A stretch of DNA of 64,000 bases from Chloroflexota bacterium (GTDB taxonomy: Bacteria > Chloroflexota > Dehalococcoidia > SM23-28-2 > RBG-16-64-32), in assembly GCA_036732045.1 (NCBI GenBank), contig DAINDD010000002.1, positions 16,089 to 80,088 on the forward strand, written 5' to 3'. A program made the position numbers and the translations under genes. The notes beneath the pieces are model-generated. The model searched no databases, was not told where the DNA came from, and saw nothing but the letters and a program-made list of their open reading frames with translations. Positions 1 through 9,345 of this stretch are shown here, piece by piece (position 1 is the stretch's first letter; every line of letters begins with the position of its first letter).

Positions 1-1170
1 CGCACTGAGGACCTCTTCGTGCAGGCGGTTGAACAGCGCCATCAGCTCCGCTCGAGGCTCGGCTTCGGCATACATCCGGCGGTAGTAGGTGGTGAAGAGC
101 TCCGCGGCGGACAAGTGCTGGAGCTCGCTGCCGTCGTCTTGCGGCTTCTCGTCAGTGCGCTCGACGACGATGTCGACGGCGTTGGGGAGCAGCTCCCGCA
201 CCTGTTCAGCGAGCCCAGGGAGCGGACGTTCGACCTTGACGAACACCTTGAGGTACGCGTCGCCGACGTCGCCCGGCAGCGCCGCGATCTCATCGAGCGT
301 GACCCCTTTCTTCGCGAAGCCGATGTTCCGCAGCTCGCGGATCGAGGTCAGCGGGACAGACGTGACCTTGGCCTTGCGGCCGGGCGCGACGTCGATGATG
401 TTGACGCCCTTCTTGTGGATCGCCTCGCCGAAGTCGCACTTCAGCAGCGATCCGCAGTAGTGCGCATTGCTGAGGCCGACGTCCTGCGGCCCGTGGACGT
501 GGCCGAGCGCGATGTACTGCGGCTCTGTCGGCAGGCGCGCCGGCATGATCGTGTAAAGGGCGCCGATGTGCAGCGGACGCTCACCGCTTTCGGCGGGCAC
601 CTTCGCGCCGGCCACGAAGACGTGTGCCATCGCGACGTTAACGGTGTCCGAGCGAAAGCTCTTGCAGAGGTGAGAGAGCATCTGCGCCACGCCGTCGGCG
701 TACTGCTCGATGTGCTTGCCCTCGGTCATCAGCGATTCGAAGTCGCGGACCTTGCGCTCGCTGACCCAGGGGAGCGCGGCGATCACGGCGGTCTCGGAGC
801 CGTCGCGGGACGGCAGCTCAATAACGCCGCCCTCGGCAGCCAGCACGGGCTCACCGACGACGTGGATGCCGAGGCGGCCCAACACCGGCGCGTATGCGTT
901 CATGCGCTTCGGGTGGTCGTGGTTGCCGGCGATGATGACGGCCGGGATGCCGGCGCCGACGAGCTCGCCGGCGAAGTGAAAGAAGATGCGCTCGGCCTCC
1001 GGCGGAGGGACTGCGGAGTCGAACACGTCGCCGGCAACCAGCACGGCATCGACGCGCTCGTCCTTCGCGATCGAGAGCACTTCTTCCAGCGCGGCGATGT
1101 ACTCCGCGTCGCGCTTCTGGTTGCGGAGCGGCTTGCCGATGTGCCAGTCAGACGTATGCAGGAAGCGCAT
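1..1170 (-). CDS. sbcD: SbcD/Mre11-family DNA repair exonuclease (calcineurin-like phosphoesterase); C-terminus runs off the window start
   Basis: Reverse-complement from ATG at 1170 reads MRFLHTSDWHIGKPLRN..., with AGDVFD and IIAGNHDHP metallophosphoesterase motifs. Frame is open to position 1. Start lies 19 nt after the herA stop. Absent from the ORF track because it is truncated. Confidence 0.8.
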   Translation of the reverse strand, partial: MRFLHTSDWHIGKPLRNQKRDAEYIAALEEVLSIAKDERVDAVLVAGDVFDSAVPPPEAERIFFHFAGELVGAGIPAVIIAGNHDHPKRMNAYAPVLGRLGIHVVGEPVLAAEGGVIELPSRDGSETAVIAALPWVSERKVRDFESLMTEGKHIEQYADGVAQMLSHLCKSFRSDTVNVAMAHVFVAGAKVPAESGERPLHIGALYTIMPARLPTEPQYIALGHVHGPQDVGLSNAHYCGSLLKCDFGEAIHKKGVNIIDVAPGRKAKVTSVPLTSIRELRNIGFAKKGVTLDEIAALPGDVGDAYLKVFVKVERPLPGLAEQVRELLPNAVDIVVERTDEKPQDDGSELQHLSAAELFTTYYRRMYAEAEPRAELMALFNRLHEEVLSA

Positions 1171-1188
1171 GACGTTCGCGCCGCCGGT

Positions 1189-2841
1189 CTAGCGCCGGAA
1201 GCCCTTAGGGACTTCTTCGGTGGCGAGGACTTCGTCCGGGCGCGTCGCCCAGGACGGGAAGGGGAGCTGCAGCAGCAACGGCACGGGGATCTCCGGCTGG
1301 TGCATGAACATGCTGCCCGGCTTGAGCAGGGAGGCCCGGGCGCGCGCGGCTTCGGTCAGGAAGCCGTATTCGCCGCGCTGGGCCTCCGCGGTGTCCAGCC
1401 GGCCGACGATGCGATAGGCGGCGTTGGCGACGACGCGGCGCTCGACCTCGCTGGCGGTCTGCTGCGCACCGATCAGGATCACACCGAGGCTGCGGCCGCG
1501 CTCGGCGATATCGAGCACGACTTCCTTGATCGGCGACCAGCCTTCGCGCGGGGCGTACTTGTTCAGCTCATCGAGGACTACGAAGACCAGCGGCTGGCGG
1601 GTACCCTGCGTGTCTTTCTCCGCGAGCAGCTGCTTGAGGACGACGCCGACGACGAAGCGCTTGGCGCGGTCGTGGAGGCCGTGCAGGTCGATGACGTTGA
1701 GCTGGCTCGCGCCCCAGTCGATGCGGTGGCGCTTCTCGTCCTCTGCTGTGTCCAGGCGGCGGATCAGGTGACCGACCGAGTCGGCGACGCCGTGTAGCCG
1801 GCGCAGGAAGGCATCCTGGGTTCCGGTGGCGAGGCTGCCCCTCGAGAAGACGATTTCGCGATTGTCCGAGATATGCGCAACCATTTCTTCGAAAGTGGTG
1901 ATCCTCACGCCGTCCAGCTCTACCCATGATTGGGCGGACGGCTGGTTAAGCGTCGCTTCGAAGAGGTAGCGTTCGACGACGGTGACGGCGTACGAGAGCT
2001 GGCTCGTCTCCGAGTCGGCTTCGGCGAAGAGGAAGCGCAGGAGGCGGCCCTGGCAGAACTCACGTAACGACCAGACGTAAGCCGTGACGCCCTCCGTGCG
2101 GGAGCTGAGGCTGTGCGTGATCTCGAATCCGCCCTTGGCCGCCGGCGCCCAGAGGCCGACGTCGGCGAACGGACCGCACGGTAGGCCGAGCTGTTTGTAC
2201 TTCTTCTCATCGTCGAGGGATATGCGGTTGTTCGGCTTGTCGGCGAACATCAGATCTTCGCCCTTCACATTGAAGATGACCGCGCGCGCGTTGTGGCGGT
2301 TGGAGCCGAGCGCGTCGGAGTGGAAGAGCGAGTACAGCAGGAACATCGCGCACGAGGTCTTGGTGGCGACGCCGGAGATGCCGGAGACGTTGACGTGGGC
2401 GCCGCGCGTGCCGTCGAGGAACTCCAGGTTGCCCCAGATCACGTCGCCCTCGCGGGAGAGTCCGGCGGCGAAGCGGTTGCGCATCTGGTCGAAGTAGAGC
2501 GCCGTCTCGCGCTCAGCGTCGACGGCGCGACGGGCGGCCTGCCCCGGCTGCGGCGGTACGAAGATCTCCGGCTCGATGCGGGTCACCGAGACGTGCGCGG
2601 CCGTGGCGATGCCGACGGGTAGGACATCGGTGCGAAAGACGTCAGTGTCGAACTTAGCACCTTCGTACTTGGAGCGGACGATGTCCACGACACCGTAGAG
2701 CGTGATGTCGCCGCGGCCGGGCACCTGCGCATCTACGGCGACGATGTCATCGAGCTGGAGGTACGAGTCGTCGCCGACGCCGACCCAGAAGTCGAGTGGG
2801 AACGCGTCCTCGGTGCCGATCACGCGGCCGACTTCGGTCAT
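1189..2841 (-). CDS. herA: HerA-like FtsK/HerA-superfamily ATPase (DUF87 helicase)
   Basis: 550-aa ORF. Walker-B-like hhhhDE region (LVFVVLDELNKYAP), IGAQQTASEV and RIVGRLDTAEAQ arginine-finger-like segments typical of HerA/DUF87. Start overlaps the nurA stop (2838-2841). Confidence 0.75.
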   Translation of the reverse strand: MTEVGRVIGTEDAFPLDFWVGVGDDSYLQLDDIVAVDAQVPGRGDITLYGVVDIVRSKYEGAKFDTDVFRTDVLPVGIATAAHVSVTRIEPEIFVPPQPGQAARRAVDAERETALYFDQMRNRFAAGLSREGDVIWGNLEFLDGTRGAHVNVSGISGVATKTSCAMFLLYSLFHSDALGSNRHNARAVIFNVKGEDLMFADKPNNRISLDDEKKYKQLGLPCGPFADVGLWAPAAKGGFEITHSLSSRTEGVTAYVWSLREFCQGRLLRFLFAEADSETSQLSYAVTVVERYLFEATLNQPSAQSWVELDGVRITTFEEMVAHISDNREIVFSRGSLATGTQDAFLRRLHGVADSVGHLIRRLDTAEDEKRHRIDWGASQLNVIDLHGLHDRAKRFVVGVVLKQLLAEKDTQGTRQPLVFVVLDELNKYAPREGWSPIKEVVLDIAERGRSLGVILIGAQQTASEVERRVVANAAYRIVGRLDTAEAQRGEYGFLTEAARARASLLKPGSMFMHQPEIPVPLLLQLPFPSWATRPDEVLATEEVPKGFRR

Positions 2842-3824
2842 GCGGCCTCGGCTAGCCGATGGAAGTGTTCCGCGATGCTGTGGCGAATCCAGTCTCGGTC
2901 ACCTAAGTGGTGGTGAAGTCGCGATTCGAGCGCGCTGATGGGATATAGATTCTGCGGAGCTCGCGGGTCCCAAGCTGGTGTGGTCGCGAAGCGCGGCAGG
3001 ATTGCCGTTGAACAATTCGCAAGAAGCATGGCATCGTCCTTGCCGATCATTGCCGAAACTTCGATTCGGACGACGCCGGCAAGTGAGTAGTCGAGTCTTC
3101 CGCGGGGACCGACTCGCATGTACCAGGAGTAGCGACTACTCCCTTCAGTTCCGAACTGAAAGATTGGGGTGCGTGTCCCCGTTTCAAGAGCACTGAGTGT
3201 CCGCATTTGTTCGGCGTTCAAGTAATTCTTGGAGTGGGTCTTTACGTAGCCAAGAATAGCCTCTTCGAGTGGGAGAAGGTACGTAAGGGGTCCGTCTACG
3301 AACGTGAGCGCCGCGAGCCCAGCGCACTCGCGCGCGAGGTCTCCCTCCAATTTGCGCATGAGCACCTGCAACTGAGCCAAGACCTTGGCGCGGGTATTCT
3401 CTTTGACCCCGGCCCCCACGTAGTTGAGCGTCAGACTTCCTGCCGGGATGAGCATCGTCTCGTGCCTTCGATCCGCCCCGATGACGATTCGTCGTTGTAC
3501 TTCTTCGCGGTGAATCTCGGCCTTGCCGTGACGGTGGACGGTGACACCCGCTGCGTATGAACCGAGCAATCCGTACGCCAGCGAGTCATTCGCCTCGTCC
3601 ACGATGCCAGTATCGACGCGACGGACGCCGTCAATGAAGAAAATTGACTCGGGCGTTTCAGATGCAAGTGGCCGGATGACCTGCCAGTCATTCGTCTCGA
3701 CGAAGGCGTCTACATTGTCTGGCTCGTCGTCCTCAAGCTGCAACGCGGACTCGTATGTGGGAGTCCAGGGGTCGAGGCGAAGGGTGTGGGGCATACGTAG
3801 CCGATTGTCGCCCGCCGTTGTCAT
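2838..3824 (-). CDS. nurA: NurA-like 5'-3' nuclease
   Basis: 328 aa. N-terminal IFFIDGVRRVD Asp motif in a NurA-like position. Size, and operon position immediately upstream of and overlapping herA. Confidence 0.55.
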   Translation of the reverse strand: MTTAGDNRLRMPHTLRLDPWTPTYESALQLEDDEPDNVDAFVETNDWQVIRPLASETPESIFFIDGVRRVDTGIVDEANDSLAYGLLGSYAAGVTVHRHGKAEIHREEVQRRIVIGADRRHETMLIPAGSLTLNYVGAGVKENTRAKVLAQLQVLMRKLEGDLARECAGLAALTFVDGPLTYLLPLEEAILGYVKTHSKNYLNAEQMRTLSALETGTRTPIFQFGTEGSSRYSWYMRVGPRGRLDYSLAGVVRIEVSAMIGKDDAMLLANCSTAILPRFATTPAWDPRAPQNLYPISALESRLHHHLGDRDWIRHSIAEHFHRLAEAA

Positions 3825-4172
3825 AAGTCAACGGAAGCAGGCTGGAGATTTGTTGGCAAGGCCCTGATGTCACACTGGCACCGATAGCGCTAAAATCTCG
3901 AGCGACATTTCCGCTCATGCACGCGAGTTATGCTCCGGCAATGACTAAAGCCGAGAACAATCCGATCCCAACCACGACCCACAGCTTTGGCACTTCGCCG
4001 CCGTCGACGGTTGTAGGTATCTGTCCGACCTGCAGCTTCTGGCGCTGGCTCGAAGACCTTAAAAATCACGCCTGTCAACTCGGGTGACCAAGGAAGGAGC
4101 CCCCCAGCACTAACGCAGCGTTGAGTTGTCTGCGGACAAGAGCTTCCATGCTGTCTAACAAAGGAGGCCAGC

Positions 4173-4412
4173 ATGAAAGCGCTACCAATCCAATTCGACG
4201 AATCGATCCCCGCCTGGGAGAAGGCAATCGACGCCTTCTTGGCCGAGAAAGCGTGCCGCTCTGGCTCTATAGACATTCCGTTCGACGTGGCCATCTCCCC
4301 CGACCAAGTCCAACGCGCCAGGAATCCGCTGAACATAATGGCTGTTTTGGACGCCGAAACTGCATCCGTAATCGGTCAACCCCGAAGACCGTCCTCGCCG
4401 CTGCAGATATGA
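4173..4412 (+). CDS. hypothetical small protein (79 aa)
   Basis: Strong RBS AAAGGAGG 7 nt upstream of the ATG. Lies in a locally lower-GC patch. No recognizable domain. Confidence 0.35.
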   Translation: MKALPIQFDESIPAWEKAIDAFLAEKACRSGSIDIPFDVAISPDQVQRARNPLNIMAVLDAETASVIGQPRRPSSPLQI

Positions 4413-4578
4413 ATCGGCGTCGCCACGAGCTAATTCCGGAATTCGACGTAATCCCAAAAACATAAAATTACCAAACGAACTCCCAGTTTTGCCCACTTTC
4501 CCCCATTTCGCCTCTCCAGTCGCACCCTTGCCCCTTATCCCTTTAACGGCTCCCACGGCCGTGCCATCATTTTCATAG

Positions 4579-4887
4579 ATGATTTCGACGGGCCCCAAAT
4601 CCCAGCGTGGCAAAACCGTCTCCAGCCGCAACGCGGAGACGCACGGCATCCTCTCCAACGCACCGGTCCTCGACATCGAAGATCCCGCCGACTGGGACGC
4701 CCACCTCCAGGGCGTCCTCGAGAGTCTAGCGCCCGAAGGCTATCTCGAGACTACGATCGCCCACCGCGTCGCCACACTCCTCTGGCGAATGGCTCGCGTC
4801 GTCCGCTACGAGACCGAGATGATCAGCACCGGCATGGACTACAGGGCGACTTCAGCGAGCACTTGGTGTCGATTCCCGCTTCAATGA
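4579..4887 (+). CDS. hypothetical protein (102 aa)
   Basis: ORF in the low-GC patch. No recognizable motif. Confidence 0.2.
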   Translation: MISTGPKSQRGKTVSSRNAETHGILSNAPVLDIEDPADWDAHLQGVLESLAPEGYLETTIAHRVATLLWRMARVVRYETEMISTGMDYRATSASTWCRFPLQ

Positions 4888-4954
4888 CTCTCGGTGAGGT
4901 CTTTGGTCTTCCGGAAGGCTGGCCCTTTTTCGACCAAGAGCCCGACGAGGACGA

Positions 4955-6103
4955 CTAAAACGCGCTGACGCCCAAAAGTTCTCGGCCAAGGATCAACTTC
5001 TGGATCTGTGTCGTGCCCTCGTAGAGGGAGAGGCCGATGGCGTCGCGGAGGTAGGCCTCCACCGGGTACTCGGCCAGGTAGCCGACGCCGCCGTGCAGGG
5101 AGATCGCGGTGCGGGCGGCGCGGACGGCGGCCTCCGTCGCGAAGTGTTTGGCCATCACCACGTTCTTTGTCGCGGGCTCGCCGGCGTCGCGCTTGCGGGC
5201 CGCCTCGACCGTCAGCAGGCGCGCGGCCTCGCAGTCGGTGGCCATGTCGGCGACCATCTCCTGGATCAGTTGGTGGGCGGCGATCGGCTTGCCCCACTGC
5301 TCGCGGTGTCTGGCGTAGGCGATGCAGGCGTCCAGGCACGACTGGATGATGCCGACGGCGCAGGCGGCGGTGGACGTGCGCCCCGATTCGAGCGAAGTCT
5401 GGGCGATCTTGAAGCCGTCGCCCGCCTTACCGAGCAGACGGTCGTCGCTGACGTGGACGCCGTCGAAGAAGAGCGCGGCCGTGTTCGAGGCGAGGAGGCC
5501 GAGCTTCTCCGTGATCGGCTGCCGTTCCAGGCCGGGTGAGTTGCCGTCGACGAGGAAGGCGCTGATCCCTTTTGCGCGTGCGCCGGGGTCGGTCTTGGCG
5601 AAGACGACGATAATGTCGGCCTGACAGCCGTTGGAGATCCAGAACTTGCTGCCGGAGAGCACCCAGCCGCCCTCGTTGCGGACGGCGGCCAGCTCCATGC
5701 CGGCGGGGTCAGAGCCGGCGTTGGGCTCGGAGAGGGCGAAGGCGCCGATCTTCTTAGCGCCGAAGAGGTCCGGTAGCCAGCGGGCGCGCTGCTCGTCCGT
5801 GCCGAAGACGTGGATCGCGGTGCTGACGAGCGAGAGCTGGACAGTCAGCGCCGCCGTGAAGACAGAGGGGCTGGCGCCGCCGATCGCCTCGCAGAGGAGA
5901 ACGTAGGAGACGTTGTCGATGCCTGCGCCGCCGTGCGCCTCCGGGAACGGCCCGGCCAGCAGGCCGTTATCGGCGAGCTTACGCATGATCTCAAGCGGAA
6001 ACGATTCGTCGTTGGCGCGCTCGCGGACGTGGGGACGGATCTCGCGGTCGGCAAACGACTTCGCGGTCTGGTAGATGAGTCGTTGAGCTTCGGTCAGTTG
6101 CAT
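4955..6103 (-). CDS. acyl-CoA dehydrogenase
   Basis: ACAD signatures: GGxG, FxISNG, and the C-terminal YEGTTQIQ motif. Start taken at the internal MQLTEAQRL (M14 of the ORF). Confidence 0.9.
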   Translation of the reverse strand: MQLTEAQRLIYQTAKSFADREIRPHVRERANDESFPLEIMRKLADNGLLAGPFPEAHGGAGIDNVSYVLLCEAIGGASPSVFTAALTVQLSLVSTAIHVFGTDEQRARWLPDLFGAKKIGAFALSEPNAGSDPAGMELAAVRNEGGWVLSGSKFWISNGCQADIIVVFAKTDPGARAKGISAFLVDGNSPGLERQPITEKLGLLASNTAALFFDGVHVSDDRLLGKAGDGFKIAQTSLESGRTSTAACAVGIIQSCLDACIAYARHREQWGKPIAAHQLIQEMVADMATDCEAARLLTVEAARKRDAGEPATKNVVMAKHFATEAAVRAARTAISLHGGVGYLAEYPVEAYLRDAIGLSLYEGTTQIQKLILGRELLGVSAF

Positions 6104-6185
6104 GTGGGGCGCTCCTGCTCGTGGATGCGGCCAGTCTATCACCCGACGCTTTAACCTTCGCGCGCTCTAGGTCTAGACTGAGGTT

Positions 6186-7772
6186 GTGCGATCGAGCATC
6201 GCGAAACTGCGCTCGGCCGGCAGCTATCTCGCCTCGCTGGCGCTGGTGGCGTTGGTCTGCGGGCCGATAGCGGGTCTGCGCGAGGTCTCGGACGTCAGCA
6301 ACTCCTCGATGCTCTTCCTGCTGCCCGTTCTCGCCAGTGCCGTGTTATTCGGGCGCGGGCAGGCGATCTTCGCGGCGGTCGCCTCGTTCTTCGCCTACGA
6401 CTTTCTCTTCGTCGAGCCGCACTACACGTTCACGGTTTCGCACAGCGATGAGTACATGGCACTCGGACTGCTGCTGGTCACGGGCGTGATCACCGGCCAG
6501 CTCGCGGCGCTTCTCAGGCAGCGCGCGCTGGAGGCGGAGGCTCGTGAGAAGGAGGCCGTAGTTCTGTACGACGTTGTGCGGCTAATGGTCGAGCCGGAGC
6601 TTGAGCGCGCCCTGACGTCGGTCGCCGAAAGGCTGCGCCGGGAGCTGGCGCTGGCCGCCGTGCTGATCACGTTCGAGGAGCGGAACACGCCCAGCGTCCA
6701 GGCCGACGTAGGCGACATCGAAGCGATCAGGGTGGCGCAGCGGGCGGCGGGCGTGCCGGAGATGATCCTGGGCTCAGGGCAAGAGCCGACGGGCGCCGAG
6801 CGAGGCAAGCCCGGCCGCTGGATCCGGGTCGTTCCTCTGCACACCAGAGGCCCGGGCCCGCGTCCCGGGGGAGACCGCGCCCTCAGCATTCCGATCGATG
6901 TCGATGGGCGCCGCGCGGGCTCGATCGTACTCGTGCGGGGCGCGGGCGCGTCGCCTCTTTCGCGGGCCAACGACCGGCTGCTGATCGTCGTGGCCAACCA
7001 ACTCGGCCTGGCGATGCAGCGACTGCGGCTGCGGCGCGAGGCAACCGAAGCCGAGATCCTCCGCCGCACCGACGAACTGAGGACGGCGCTGCTCAACGCG
7101 GTCTCGCACGACCTGCGCACGCCTCTCTCATCGATCATCGCCTCGGCCGGCAGCCTCCTTCAGCGGGACGTGCAGTGGACGGAAGCCGAGCGCCGGGAGT
7201 TCACCCGAGCCATCGTCGAGGAGGCCGATCGGCTGAACCGGCTCGTCGGCAATCTGCTTGATCTTTCGCGCATCGAAGCCGGCAGCATCCGGCCGGAGAA
7301 GGGCTGGTACGACCTCGGCGCGCTGGTGGACGAAGTGGCCGGCCGCCTGCGTCGCATCTCTGCGGCGCACTCGCTGGTGCTGGACGTGCCCGAGCATCTG
7401 CCGCCGGCACATTTCGACTACGTGGAGATCGACCAGGTGATCTCTAACCTAATCGAAAACGCAGTCAAGTACACGCCGGAGGGGACGACGATCCGCGTTT
7501 CCGTTCGTGCCGCCGGAGACCAGGTAGAGATCGAGGTCGCAGACAGCGGCCCTGGCATCCCGGAGGATTCCCTTAGCGAGATCTTCCTTCCGTTTTACCG
7601 CGCGACTCCCGGCGCGGCAGCGCGGCCACAGGGGAGCGGCTTGGGACTGGCCGTCGCGCGCGGGCTGGTGGAGGCGCACGGCGGCCGCATTTGGGTAGAG
7701 AACCGTCGCGAGGGCGGCGCGCGCTTCGTCTTCACATTGCCGCTTTCGGACCGGCCGGCGGCGGCGGCATAG
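6186..7772 (+). CDS. sensor histidine kinase, KdpD C-terminal type (DUF4118 membrane domain + GAF + HisKA + HATPase_c)
   Basis: N-terminal 4-TM region is closely similar to the KdpD membrane domain (SSMLFLLPVLASAVLFGRG...DFLFVEPHYTF). H-box SHDLRTPLS. G1/G2 boxes (DSGPGIP, GSGLGLAVA). Confidence 0.85.
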   Translation: MRSSIAKLRSAGSYLASLALVALVCGPIAGLREVSDVSNSSMLFLLPVLASAVLFGRGQAIFAAVASFFAYDFLFVEPHYTFTVSHSDEYMALGLLLVTGVITGQLAALLRQRALEAEAREKEAVVLYDVVRLMVEPELERALTSVAERLRRELALAAVLITFEERNTPSVQADVGDIEAIRVAQRAAGVPEMILGSGQEPTGAERGKPGRWIRVVPLHTRGPGPRPGGDRALSIPIDVDGRRAGSIVLVRGAGASPLSRANDRLLIVVANQLGLAMQRLRLRREATEAEILRRTDELRTALLNAVSHDLRTPLSSIIASAGSLLQRDVQWTEAERREFTRAIVEEADRLNRLVGNLLDLSRIEAGSIRPEKGWYDLGALVDEVAGRLRRISAAHSLVLDVPEHLPPAHFDYVEIDQVISNLIENAVKYTPEGTTIRVSVRAAGDQVEIEVADSGPGIPEDSLSEIFLPFYRATPGAAARPQGSGLGLAVARGLVEAHGGRIWVENRREGGARFVFTLPLSDRPAAAA

Positions 7773-7774
7773 CG

Positions 7775-8473
7775 ATGAGCAAGGGCGCGCGAGTCCTCGT
7801 CGTCGATGACGAGCCGGGCATCACGAAAGCGATCAAGTCGAACCTGTCCGGGCACGGGTTCCAGGTGGAGATCGCCGAGAATGCCGCCTCCGCGCTCGAC
7901 GCCTACGATCGCAGCCGGCCGGACATTGTGATCCTCGACCTCGGCTTGCCCGATGTGGACGGGTCCGAGGTGATCCGCCGCGTCCGCGGCGACGGCAATA
8001 CACCGATCATCGTGCTCTCTGTTCGCGGCGCTGAGCGCGACAAGGTGGCGGCGCTGGACCTTGGTGCCGACGATTACCTGACGAAGCCGTTCGGCGTCGA
8101 GGAGCTGCTGGCTCGGATCCGGGTCGCTCTTCGCCACGCGGCGCACCCGGCGGCGGGGGCCGAACCCGTGTTCAAAACCGGCGACCTCGAAGTCGATCTC
8201 GAGCGGCGACGCGTCCGGACCTCGGGCCAGGAAGTCCACCTGACGCCCACGGAGTACGATCTGCTCCGCGCCTTCATTGAGAACCCGGACCGCGTGCTGA
8301 CCGACCGCATGTTGCTGCAAGCAGTATGGGGCGGTGAGTACGGGGACGAGGCGCACTATCTGCACGTCTACATGGCCCGCCTGCGCAAGAAGATCGAGCC
8401 GGACCCGCAGCGCCCGCGCTACCTGCAAACGGAGCCGGGCGTGGGCTACCGGATGACCACCACGACGGATTAG
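7775..8473 (+). CDS. OmpR/KdpE-family response regulator
   Basis: Receiver domain (VLVVDDEP, ILDLGLPDVDG, TKPF) plus winged-helix C-terminus (GYRM). Start is 2 nt after the kinase stop. Confidence 0.85.
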   Translation: MSKGARVLVVDDEPGITKAIKSNLSGHGFQVEIAENAASALDAYDRSRPDIVILDLGLPDVDGSEVIRRVRGDGNTPIIVLSVRGAERDKVAALDLGADDYLTKPFGVEELLARIRVALRHAAHPAAGAEPVFKTGDLEVDLERRRVRTSGQEVHLTPTEYDLLRAFIENPDRVLTDRMLLQAVWGGEYGDEAHYLHVYMARLRKKIEPDPQRPRYLQTEPGVGYRMTTTTD

Positions 8474-8662
8474 CGATCCGCGCCCCGCACCCTCCAACCC
8501 CGTGACCCGGAGCACCACCCACACCCTCTAGCGGGTGCCTCGGGCTCGCCCGCGGCCGCGTCAGAATCAGAGTTGCTCGCTCACAACGTTGAGTAATCAT
8601 TGATGGGCAGCGGCTCCTTGTTGGCGTGCCGTTGAGACGCCCTGCGGGACACTCGTCTTGCG

Positions 8663-9043
8663 ATGGGTATCGGCAAGAAAGTGCTCCTGGTAGAGGACGA
8701 GGCGACTCTGCGCGGCATCATCACCCGGAACCTCGCCGCGCGGGGCCATACGGTCACGGAAGCTGCCAGCGCGCGGGAAGCCCTGGCGCGGCTGAGCGAG
8801 GCGCGCCCCAACCTGATGCTGCTCGACATCAGCCTGCCGGACCGCTCGGGTTGGGACGTCCTGCGCGAGATGCGCCGCCAGGACAAGAACGTTCCGGTGG
8901 TGATCACTTCGGCTGTGCGCGTAAGCCAGGAGCGGATTGATGAGTTTCGGCCGCTGGCGTTTCTCCCCAAGCCCTTTTCGCTGGAGGCTCTCCTGCGCAT
9001 CGTTGCGGCGGCGCGGCCAAAGGAAGGCGAGCTGGTTCCGTAA
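8663..9043 (+). CDS. single-domain CheY-like response regulator
   Basis: 126 aa, receiver domain only (VLLVEDE...LLDISLPDRSG...PKPF). Confidence 0.8.
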   Translation: MGIGKKVLLVEDEATLRGIITRNLAARGHTVTEAASAREALARLSEARPNLMLLDISLPDRSGWDVLREMRRQDKNVPVVITSAVRVSQERIDEFRPLAFLPKPFSLEALLRIVAAARPKEGELVP

Positions 9044-9345
9044 TGGATGATCCTGAGCTAGATGAGGTCTGCGCACCGCGACGGGCGGAGCGGACTCGCG
9101 CTGATCGACGAATCACGCTTGGCCAGGCCGAAGCACTTTTGCGGTCGGCTTGCCTAATGCTTCGCGAGAAGCCCGGCGCAACGGTCAGCACGATGACCGT
9201 GAGCTTACCCCTCGACGAAGATCAAACGACTGATTACCTCGAAGGCCTGACTGCTCGTCTTGCGAGCGAGTACGGTTTGCTCGCTGAAACCGCGGAAAGC
9301 GGACTTCACTTGAAGGTGCGACTGCTGAGGGTAGCAGCCGAGTGA
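9043..9345 (+). CDS. hypothetical protein (100 aa)
   Basis: Sits between the receiver gene and the permease. Stop overlaps the permease start (ATGA). Confidence 0.35.
   Translation: MDDPELDEVCAPRRAERTRADRRITLGQAEALLRSACLMLREKPGATVSTMTVSLPLDEDQTTDYLEGLTARLASEYGLLAETAESGLHLKVRLLRVAAE

Noticed and set aside
19-1797. 592-aa plus-strand ORF spanning the left edge
   Set aside because: It is the antisense shadow of the minus-strand sbcD and herA genes in GC-rich DNA. The minus strand carries unmistakable SbcD (MRFLHTSDWHIGK) and HerA motifs. The product is Arg/Ala/Val-rich low-complexity.
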